From IMG/VR virus record IMGVR_UViG_3300028557_000015, positions 62,001-116,205 of that record: a DNA stretch of 54,205 nucleotides. One strand, written 5' to 3'. The notes below the pieces were generated by a model that was given only the letters and a program-made list of their open reading frames with translations, ran no database searches and had not been told where the DNA came from. The translations under genes were made by a program, and so were the position numbers. Positions 35,378 through 43,312 of this stretch are shown one piece after another. The DNA comes from an uncultured virus (IMG/VR IMGVR_UViG_3300028557_000015) (lineage: Duplodnaviria > Heunggongvirae > Uroviricota > Caudoviricetes). Positions within the stretch are counted from its first letter, which is position 1; every line of letters begins with the position of its first letter.

Positions 35378-37449
35378 TTACATTACAAGACATTACATTA
35401 CGAAATTTTTTATCTATCGGTGCAGTAACACAAGCAGTAGACTTTGACAAGAAAGACTTAACACTTATTCTAGGTGAGAATTTAGACTTAGGTGGTGACG
35501 GTGCTCGTAATGGCACAGGTAAAACTACATTGATTCAAGGATTATCCTATGCATTGTTTGGTACACCCATTAATAACATTCGTAAAGATAATTTAGTTAA
35601 TCGTACAAATGGTAAGGGTATGCTAGTCACTCTTACTTTTAATGTTAATGGAACAAACTATAAAATAGAGCGTGGTCGTAAGCCAAACATTCTGAAATTT
35701 TACGTGAATGATATCCAAGATAAAGCTACTGAGGATCAACAAGGTGAGAACAAAGAAACGCAGGCATCAATTGAAAAAGTTATCAATATGTCAGCCGACA
35801 TGTTCCGCCACATTGTTGTATTGAATACATACAGCGAACCGTTCTTAGCATTAAAGAATAATGAGCAGAAAGATATCATTGAACAACTAATGGGTATCAC
35901 GTTGCTATCTGAGAAGGCTGAAGTCATTAAAGAAATGATTCGTAAAAGCAAAGATGATATTCAACAGGAAGAATTTCGTGTTAAAGCCATTGAAGAAGCT
36001 AACAAACGTGTCAAGGAACAAATTGACGCATTGAAGCGCAGACAAACATTGTGGTTGAAGAAACATGATGAAGATTTAACCAGTCTTGCACTACAGTACG
36101 ATGAACTAAGCAAGATTAACATTGAAGCAGAGTTACAAGCACATAAAGATTTGAACGTTTGGACTAAGCAAAAAGAGGCACAAGACACATACAATGCGTT
36201 AGTTGCTCGTTCAACTGCTTGGCAACAAAAACATGACACAGATGTTTCAATAGCACATAAGGCTTACTCACTTAAAAATGAGTATGACATTGAAGCTGAA
36301 CTTAAAACGTGGGGTGATTTAAAAGATTGGCTACGTGATGAGGCTGAACAAAAATCAATAGCAACAATAATTGATACCCTAACCAAAAGTATCACAAAAG
36401 AAAAAAAATTAATAGATAAACTGGTTCGGGAAGTTAAAGAACTTGAGGATCATAAGTGTTATGCTTGTGGGCAAGACTTCCATGATAATAAGCATTTAGA
36501 AGTTACATTAGAAAAGACTACAGTACTTGAGAATGCCCGTGCAGAGTTGGCTGAACTTGAAAGTCAAATGTCAATCAATCAGTCATTGGTTACTGATTTA
36601 GGGACAAAGCCTACTCCATCATACAAAACAGAAGCAGAAGCTATTCGTCACAGTGGTGATGTGTCTAATCTGAAGAAAGTATGGGAAGATAAGAAACAAG
36701 AATCTAATCCTTTTAGTGAACAATTAAATGAGTTAACTCCTAAGGATTCCTTAGGACTTCAACCTGTCACTCACTACGATACAGAAGCAGAAGCAATCAA
36801 ACATTCAAGTGAGGTTGCTAACATTCTTAATCAAATTGATAACAAGTCACAAGAAACTGATCCATACAGTGAACAAGTAGTTGAGATGGAAACACAAGCA
36901 CTACAAGCTATTGACTTTGAAGCTATCAATAGATTAACAAGAACAATGGAACATCAAAAGTTCTTGTTAGATTTGTTAACTAGCAAAGATAGTTTTGTTC
37001 GTAAGAAGATTATTGATCAGAACTTGAGTTATCTAAACGCACGATTGACACATTACTTAGATAAGATTGGTCTACCACATCAGGTTATCTTTAAGAATGA
37101 CTTGCAGGTTGAGATTACAGAGTTAGGTCGTGAACTTGACTTTGATAACTTAAGTCGTGGTGAACGCAATAGATTGATTCTTGGTTTATCGTTTGCTTTC
37201 CGTGATGTATGGGAATCATTGTATAGCCCTATCAATACATTGTTCATTGACGAATTGATTGATTCAGGTCTTGACACGATGGGTGTTGAGAACAGTCTAG
37301 CAATTCTCAAAGATATGAGTCGTAGACGACAGAAAAGTATTTGGCTTGTTTCACATAGAGAAGAACTAGCAGGTCGTGTACCTAATGTATTGAAAGTTGT
37401 TAAAGAGAATGGCTTCACCAGTTATAACACAGCAGTAGATATAGAATAA
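35374..37449 (+). CDS. Recombination ATPase gp46 (Rad50/SbcC-like)
   Basis: Walker A 'NGTGKTT', zinc hook CYAC, signature 'LSRGE', Walker B 'LFIDE' and H-loop 'VSH'. Confidence 0.92.
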   Translation: MITLQDITLRNFLSIGAVTQAVDFDKKDLTLILGENLDLGGDGARNGTGKTTLIQGLSYALFGTPINNIRKDNLVNRTNGKGMLVTLTFNVNGTNYKIERGRKPNILKFYVNDIQDKATEDQQGENKETQASIEKVINMSADMFRHIVVLNTYSEPFLALKNNEQKDIIEQLMGITLLSEKAEVIKEMIRKSKDDIQQEEFRVKAIEEANKRVKEQIDALKRRQTLWLKKHDEDLTSLALQYDELSKINIEAELQAHKDLNVWTKQKEAQDTYNALVARSTAWQQKHDTDVSIAHKAYSLKNEYDIEAELKTWGDLKDWLRDEAEQKSIATIIDTLTKSITKEKKLIDKLVREVKELEDHKCYACGQDFHDNKHLEVTLEKTTVLENARAELAELESQMSINQSLVTDLGTKPTPSYKTEAEAIRHSGDVSNLKKVWEDKKQESNPFSEQLNELTPKDSLGLQPVTHYDTEAEAIKHSSEVANILNQIDNKSQETDPYSEQVVEMETQALQAIDFEAINRLTRTMEHQKFLLDLLTSKDSFVRKKIIDQNLSYLNARLTHYLDKIGLPHQVIFKNDLQVEITELGRELDFDNLSRGERNRLILGLSFAFRDVWESLYSPINTLFIDELIDSGLDTMGVENSLAILKDMSRRRQKSIWLVSHREELAGRVPNVLKVVKENGFTSYNTAVDIE

Positions 37450-38330
37450 TGCCAGATATTTTTCGTTTTCAGAATGTAAAGATTGTACATTTAGAGCCTA
37501 CTACTAATTGTAATGCGGCTTGTCCTCAATGCCTGCGTACTAGAACTGAATTTGAACCCAATGAATTAAGTTTAGAAGATGTAAAGTTATTGTTTACTCC
37601 AGATGTATTAATGCAATTAGAAAAAATATATATGTGCGGTAATTATGGTGACCCTGCAAGTGCCAGACAGACATTAGAGATGTATGAATATTTTAGGTCT
37701 GTTAATACTAATTTAACTTTAGGAATGAATACCAATGGTGGGATAAGATTTCCTGATTGGTGGACTAGACTAGCAAAGGTAATGAATAAACCAAATGATT
37801 ATGTTGTGTTCAGTATAGATGGTTTAGAAGATACTAACCATTTATATCGTAGAAATGTTCGTTGGTCTAAAGTAATGGATAATGCAAAAGCATTTATTGA
37901 TGCTGGTGGTAAAGCACACTGGGACATGTTAGTGTTTGAACATAACAAACATCAGGTAGATGAAGCACATAAACTAGCAAAAGATATGGGATTCAATTGG
38001 TTCCGTGCTAAAGTTAGCAGACGATTTAATCGTTTCCCCGTAGATGGAATTTCACAACCAATTGAGTTTAATGATACAAAAGTACTTGAAGGACATATAG
38101 AATGTTCTGCTATGAAAGAGAATAGTATTTTCGTAGACGCTTCAGGAAAAGTATTTCCTTGTTGCTGGCAAGTTGAAGGTAATTATCAACCAAATATTGT
38201 ACAATGGTTTTATGACTTATCAGAAAATTGGAATAATAATCCTGATACAGTGTGTAAGAAATCTTGTTTAAAGAATAATACAGGTACTACATTTAGTAAT
38301 CAATGGTATCGAGAAGTAGAAATAAAATAA
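37449..38330 (+). CDS. Radical SAM enzyme with Cys-containing C-terminal (SPASM/twitch-like) domain
   Basis: CNAACPQC (CxxxCxxC), 'GNYGDP', 'TNG', 'FSIDG'; C-terminal C...G.V.PCC...C...C. Confidence 0.85.
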   Translation: MPDIFRFQNVKIVHLEPTTNCNAACPQCLRTRTEFEPNELSLEDVKLLFTPDVLMQLEKIYMCGNYGDPASARQTLEMYEYFRSVNTNLTLGMNTNGGIRFPDWWTRLAKVMNKPNDYVVFSIDGLEDTNHLYRRNVRWSKVMDNAKAFIDAGGKAHWDMLVFEHNKHQVDEAHKLAKDMGFNWFRAKVSRRFNRFPVDGISQPIEFNDTKVLEGHIECSAMKENSIFVDASGKVFPCCWQVEGNYQPNIVQWFYDLSENWNNNPDTVCKKSCLKNNTGTTFSNQWYREVEIK

Positions 38331-38361
38331 TTTATACAGTAATGTTATGATAAGTAATAGT

Positions 38362-38925
38362 ATGCCAAGTCCACAAAAAGCAAAAGGTTCAGGTTTTGAA
38401 CGAGAAATTGCTAAATATCTTTCAGAGAAGTACAGTGAATCATTCATTCGTGCTCCCGGCTCAGGTGCTTATATTGGTGGAAAGAATCAATCAAGAACTC
38501 AAATACTACATGAAGGTCAGATTAGAAGTTTTAAAGGGGATATAGTTCCTGGACAGACTTTTACTAAGATGAACGTAGAGTGTAAGTTCTATGCTGATTT
38601 TCCGTTTCATCTATTACTTTCAGGGGAATGCAAAGTAATAGATGGTTGGCTAGAACAACTCATGGATGTAGCTGATCCGGACGATTGTAACATTCTTTTT
38701 ATGAAGTTCAATCGTAAAGGTCGTTATATTGCTGTACAAAGCAAACTAACATGGGTTACTGACAATTTCTTGTATTATACAAGTCCTAAATTAGGAGATT
38801 GGATAATTATGGAATTTGACAGCTTCTTCTTAAACAACAGTACATTATTAAAAGCATATTCAGGCTCAACAGACACCACGTCAAATCAAACTGTTACAAA
38901 AAACATCCTCACAATAGAAAATTAA
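38362..38925 (+). CDS. Holliday junction resolvase-like PD-(D/E)xK nuclease
   Basis: 'KGSGFEREIA...GDI...VECKFY'. ATG 38362 is 5 nt after a TAAGTA box. Confidence 0.7.
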   Translation: MPSPQKAKGSGFEREIAKYLSEKYSESFIRAPGSGAYIGGKNQSRTQILHEGQIRSFKGDIVPGQTFTKMNVECKFYADFPFHLLLSGECKVIDGWLEQLMDVADPDDCNILFMKFNRKGRYIAVQSKLTWVTDNFLYYTSPKLGDWIIMEFDSFFLNNSTLLKAYSGSTDTTSNQTVTKNILTIEN

Positions 38926-38940
38926 TTAAAATAAAAATGT

Positions 38941-39300
38941 GTCGTCCTGGTTGCAGGACCTCCTTGAGTTTGTACAGATTGTGCTGTGCTGACGGATCTG
39001 GAGTAAGCGTGTATAGCGATATATACGGAATACCGAGAAGGCAATCGACAAAGCGAACCTTCAACAAGTCTATGACAACTTTATTTCTGCGTCATAGAAT
39101 GTGCGTTGCTGGATGAAACACAGAGTGTGCGTAAATTCAACTACAGTCCCATAAACTTTACAGAGCAACCGGTAGCATTTAATAGCATCAAATAGCTAAT
39201 TAAGTGGGGAAGAAATAACAACGGATGACGGGCGTGCAAACAACCTTTACTATTGGTAGTGCTGAATAGCACTACCATGGCTTCAAAGCGGCAATATAGT
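38941..39300 (+). ncRNA. Candidate large structured non-coding RNA (family not recognised)
   Basis: ORF-free and GC-richer than its flanks, with at least 8 stems including a GCGA GNRA tetraloop, G-U pairs on the + strand and long-range pairings (see findings). Confidence 0.55.
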
Positions 39301-39344
39301 CCTTATTAGATTAACAGTAAAATAGAATAGATAACCGTAAAATA

Positions 39345-39387
39345 TAAGAACGAACGAAGTGAGTTCTTAGATGAACGAAGTTCATCT
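39345..39387 (+). other. Pair of C-GAA-G triloop hairpins (candidate ssDNA signal)
   Basis: TAAGAAC-GA-AC-GAA-GT-GA-GTTCTTA and AGATGAAC-GAA-GTTCATCT. Confidence 0.6.
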
Positions 39388-39433
39388 TTACAAGAGATGA
39401 CCCGATGTGATAAATGAACAGTTACGGGTTTGA

Positions 39434-39670
39434 TTAGAAGAATGGCATCTGTGATTTCTTAGTGACTTCCAGATTACTATCAATAATTTTCTTAATTTCA
39501 TCTCTTTCATCAGAGGACATGTTTAATATATCTTCATATGTTACACCACCTCTCATGTACCAACTCATACTAAGAGCATTTTTCTTAATAGCGGCACACT
39601 CAAGTTCCATATCATCTATCAGCTTCTTTACACCCTCGTGGTCAAGGTGTAGAAGCTTTATCCGAAAAAA
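39434..39670 (-). CDS. gp51-like frame, probably expressed as a -1 frameshift extension of the gp26-like gene (or from ATG 39610, 58 aa)
   Basis: FFRIKLLHLDHEGVKKLIDDMELECAAIKKNALSMSWYMRGGVTYEDILNMSSDERDEIKKIIDSNLEVTKKSQMPFF*. Missing from the ORF track. Confidence 0.7.
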   Translation of the reverse strand, partial: FFRIKLLHLDHEGVKKLIDDMELECAAIKKNALSMSWYMRGGVTYEDILNMSSDERDEIKKIIDSNLEVTKKSQMPFF

Positions 39671-40488
39671 TCAGATGTGTTCAGTGTAAATTGTTGACTA
39701 TATTCATTTTGGCAATGTATACATTTAATTTTTAATGGTTTAATTTCAGTCTGTGCCTTTAATTCAGCATTATAGTCTCTGATAGAAACATATGTATCTC
39801 TATCACAATTCTTTAAAAAATCTAAAATATATTCACGTTCTTCTACATATGCGCTAGGAGTTCTTATATGAGTAATAGTCTGTGATAGTATTCTCATAGT
39901 TACATCAGTAATAAATTTTAGTGCCTCTTGAGTTCTACTTGCACGTATTGCCTCATTTTCTTCTTTTTCTAATGTTAGAAAAATACGTTGTGCTTCAAGT
40001 TGAGTAGTTCCAGCTTCATTCATTTCTTTGTAAGTCAATGGTCTAAACTTAATAGATAAGTCATTTATAGTTAATTCTTTTTCATAATCGGCTGCTTTAA
40101 GCTGACTTAGTATACCTACTAGATTTACAGCGTAGTCAGCTATTTCTTTACAACTTGGGCATTCAGATGAAATAGACATATCGTTTCCACCTGCCGCTGA
40201 ACGAATAGCAATCAACACAGCATCTAAGTCAATACTATTAATAGCCCAAGGATCTTTAATATCCGGTATACAACTTTTAATAATATCAGCCATAGCAGTA
40301 CCGTTATACAACGCATCCGGTGTTTTTGCACTAATCTCGTCAATTGCTGTCATGGGATATACAGGTAATTCACCAGACTCTGGAATAGTTACTACACCTG
40401 GTGGATACAACTTACCACCGCTAGGTAGTTTCAAATAAATTGAAGGTCTACGGAAATATTGCTTTAATGGGTTGTTTTGGATAGTCAT
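39658..40488 (-). CDS. Baseplate hub assembly protein/tail chaperone, T4 gp26-like
   Basis: 'NPLKQYFRRP.IYLKLPS.G', 'PMTA.DE', 'D.DA.LIAIR.A' and two CxxC pairs (CPSC, CIHC); ends ...DFFG. AAGGA RBS. Confidence 0.8.
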   Translation of the reverse strand: MTIQNNPLKQYFRRPSIYLKLPSGGKLYPPGVVTIPESGELPVYPMTAIDEISAKTPDALYNGTAMADIIKSCIPDIKDPWAINSIDLDAVLIAIRSAAGGNDMSISSECPSCKEIADYAVNLVGILSQLKAADYEKELTINDLSIKFRPLTYKEMNEAGTTQLEAQRIFLTLEKEENEAIRASRTQEALKFITDVTMRILSQTITHIRTPSAYVEEREYILDFLKNCDRDTYVSIRDYNAELKAQTEIKPLKIKCIHCQNEYSQQFTLNTSDFFG

Positions 40489-40525
40489 TGTTGTCCTTGA
40501 TATAAAATGGGTGTTTGCCTGATAC

Positions 40526-40545
40526 TAAATACTACATAATATTTA
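40526..40545. promoter_or_regulatory. Face-to-face pair of TAAATA late-promoter boxes
   Basis: TAAATA on + at 40526-31 and on - at 40545-40, serving the divergent gp26-like and tape-measure genes. Confidence 0.6.
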
Positions 40546-40558
40546 GTGGGTAAAAAAC

Positions 40559-43288
40559 ATGGCAGAAAATTTAGATCCGGAATCGATTAGACAATTCAAT
40601 GAATCAATGCGTGAGTTGAATAATGTCATGCCGGCACTTATTACCGGTTTAGGACAATTAACAGGAGTTGCATCAGGTTCTACTAAAGTTCAAGACGCAC
40701 TAAACAAACACGCTAATGCTGTTAAAGGCATGACTGAGTTAGAACAATCTTATATTAACGCACAGAAGAAAAAAGCCGCCGCCGACGCTAACAGGGCTAC
40801 CGCTGATGCCTCGGCTGTATCAGCACTAAAAGATTTTACTAGTGCGATGATGAATACATCCACTGAGTTTGGTAAGTTCAACGGGGCATTAGGTAATGCA
40901 GGTGATGCCGCATTAGCTTTAGGTAAAAACTTTGGCGCAGTTGGATTAATCATTGGTGGATTAATTAAAGGTGCAACCAAAGTAGCACAATTAGCTACAG
41001 TTCAAGCAGATAACGCCCTTAAGGTAACTGATGAATTTAACAAGATGGGTTCTGCTGGAGCCTTCACTGCTAAACAAATAGCAGAGATGAGCATCAGTAT
41101 TGGCTTGAGTAATGAACAGTGGAATTTACTACCAAAAGCATTACGTAAAGCCGGCGATGGAATTGTTGGTTTGGGAACTACAACTGCTAAAGGACAAGAA
41201 TCTTTTGCTAAGTTATTAGCTGTAACAAACAGCGAACGTGAAGCATTTCAGAGATTAGGTATAAGTCAAGAAGAATTAATGGGTAAGCAAGCTGAATACA
41301 TTGCCTTGCAAGGTATGTCAGGTAAGTCACTAGTTACTCAAGCAAAAGATGCAGATAAATTACGTAAATCATCATTAGAATATACTGAAAACTTATTACG
41401 ATTAAGTGCATTAACGGGCAAAGATGCTGATAAAATTGCAAAGGATCAGCAACTTGCTAAGATGCAATATGAAGAAGTTGTCAGAACTAGAGTTGAAGAT
41501 GACAAGATTCGTCAATTAACACAAGAAGGTAGACTAGCAGAGGCTCAGGCATTAAAAGATGAGCAAAAAGCTAGGGAACAGTTTATCACAGATGCAACAG
41601 CACGATTTGGTGAAGAGACAGGTTTACAATTAGCAAAAGTAGCACGAACCGGTGCATACGATGAATCTACTAAAGGAATTGCACAATTAGGTATAGATGC
41701 AACTGAACTTGCGGCTAAACTTAAGAAAGCAAAACCAGGAGAAGAGGTTGCTGATTTATTCAATAACACTGCGGAAACTGTAAAAACAAAAGTAACTGAA
41801 AAATTAGGTAACTTTGAAACTAGTTTACAGTTTGGTGGAGAAGAATTAGGAAAAACATTAGGTCTAAACAAAGAACTAATATTAAATACAGGTCGTGTTG
41901 TTGAGAGAAACGAAAAAGAAGCTGAAGCTGCCGCTAAAAGAGGGATAGCTAAACCAAGTGAAGGTAAGACAGGTGAAACCACTGCAGAAGATCCTGCACA
42001 AAAAGCTAGAAACGCAGTAACAACTACAACTATTGAGTTTAACAAAGCATTAGAGAGAGGATTAGTTGCAGTCAATCCTTTATTGTCTGGATTTAATAGT
42101 TTAACAACAGCGGTAACTGCATTAACCGTAGCCGCATTAGCTGCCGCAGCCGCATTAGCAGCCATTGGCGCTAAAGGTGCAATAGGAAAAGTATTAGGTA
42201 CATCTACTATGCCTGATAGTGACGGTGGTAAAGGTAAAGGTAAACCGAGTGTTCTTAAAAGACTTGGTGGAGGTGTAGCAGGTGCGGTAGCTGGATACAC
42301 ACTTGGTAAAGGTGCAGAATATGCTAATGAAAAAGGTTACGAGAAAACAGGTACGGCACTAGACGTAGCAAGTTCGGCAGCAACTGGTGCGGGTATGGGA
42401 GCCATGCTAGGACCTGTTGGAGCCGCAGTAGGCGGATTAGTAGGCACCGGTGTGGGTATATATCAAAATAGAGAAAAAATATTTAGTAGTAGTTCTGCGC
42501 CAGCGGCAACTCCAGTAGCAATGGGTAATGAAGGTAATAGAGGAGCAAAACCAACGCCACAACCACCGGAAGGTTCTGAAGATAAAACTGCGTCAGCAAA
42601 AGCAGTCGATCTAGGTAAAATACTAAAGTTTGGAACTGGCTCCGGAAGTAAAGAGAATTTTGAAGGATTAGATTCTACTTTTAAAGATGCAGTAATTGCA
42701 GCCGCTACTGAATATAATGCGGTTACTGGCAATATGATAATGATTAATAGTGCAAAAAGAGCATCAGAGGATCAGCAAAGACTATATGACGAAACAGTAG
42801 CAGCCGGCAGACCTGGACGAGGCCCTACTGGAATGGCTGTAGGTAAACCCGGCCGTAGTCTTCACGAAAAAGGTCAAGCAGTTGATATTCAAAACTATAA
42901 AGATCCAATTGCTGTTGCCGCATTTAATAAACAAGGGTTATCACAAAAAGTTCCAGGTGACCCGGTTCACTTTCAAGCTAGAAACGGAGCTATGGTTAGT
43001 GGGCCGTCTTCTGGATACCCAGTAGAAGCGACATTTCATGGACCTGAAATAGTAGCACCGTTGGATCCTGACTCTATCCTTACTAAGTTATCTAAAACTT
43101 CAGTGTCAGATATGGCAAAAGAATTTAATACATCTACTAATAATTCAACTACAGAAAATATAATTTCTTCAAATGCTGAAATGATTGAGTTGATGAAAAT
43201 GTTCGTAGAAAAAATGGATAACTTCATTGATGCCCAATCCGATAGCAATAGCATACAAAGTGAATTATTACAGTATTCAAAAGCTTAA
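40559..43288 (+). CDS. Tape-measure-like protein with glycine-zipper segments and C-terminal M15-family peptidoglycan peptidase
   Basis: Long helical Ala/Lys/Glu-rich region and GxxxG stretches, then the Zn-peptidase motif 'NSAKR...Q..LY...S.HEKGQAVDI...DPVHF' (SxHxxGxAxD...H). Confidence 0.65.
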   Translation: MAENLDPESIRQFNESMRELNNVMPALITGLGQLTGVASGSTKVQDALNKHANAVKGMTELEQSYINAQKKKAAADANRATADASAVSALKDFTSAMMNTSTEFGKFNGALGNAGDAALALGKNFGAVGLIIGGLIKGATKVAQLATVQADNALKVTDEFNKMGSAGAFTAKQIAEMSISIGLSNEQWNLLPKALRKAGDGIVGLGTTTAKGQESFAKLLAVTNSEREAFQRLGISQEELMGKQAEYIALQGMSGKSLVTQAKDADKLRKSSLEYTENLLRLSALTGKDADKIAKDQQLAKMQYEEVVRTRVEDDKIRQLTQEGRLAEAQALKDEQKAREQFITDATARFGEETGLQLAKVARTGAYDESTKGIAQLGIDATELAAKLKKAKPGEEVADLFNNTAETVKTKVTEKLGNFETSLQFGGEELGKTLGLNKELILNTGRVVERNEKEAEAAAKRGIAKPSEGKTGETTAEDPAQKARNAVTTTTIEFNKALERGLVAVNPLLSGFNSLTTAVTALTVAALAAAAALAAIGAKGAIGKVLGTSTMPDSDGGKGKGKPSVLKRLGGGVAGAVAGYTLGKGAEYANEKGYEKTGTALDVASSAATGAGMGAMLGPVGAAVGGLVGTGVGIYQNREKIFSSSSAPAATPVAMGNEGNRGAKPTPQPPEGSEDKTASAKAVDLGKILKFGTGSGSKENFEGLDSTFKDAVIAAATEYNAVTGNMIMINSAKRASEDQQRLYDETVAAGRPGRGPTGMAVGKPGRSLHEKGQAVDIQNYKDPIAVAAFNKQGLSQKVPGDPVHFQARNGAMVSGPSSGYPVEATFHGPEIVAPLDPDSILTKLSKTSVSDMAKEFNTSTNNSTTENIISSNAEMIELMKMFVEKMDNFIDAQSDSNSIQSELLQYSKA

Positions 43289-43312
43289 CTAAATACTGAA
43301 TAGACCTATATT

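Noticed and set aside
39215..39305. Group I intron-like 'AATATAGTCC' (S element) and group II-like GTGCG / 'CGGATGACGGG' fragments in the structured region
   Set aside because: There is no matching GACTA P7 partner and no complete domain V hairpin, and no interrupted gene flanks the element because the neighbours converge.
38926..39433. Retron msr-msd, tRNA, tmRNA or RNase P identity for the non-coding region
   Set aside because: No reverse transcriptase in the window, no cloverleaf or T-loop, and no GAGGAAAGUCC-type P4 motif seen.
39462..39689. 75-aa plus-strand ORF from the ORF track
   Set aside because: It is antisense to the much more protein-like minus-strand gp51-like frame.
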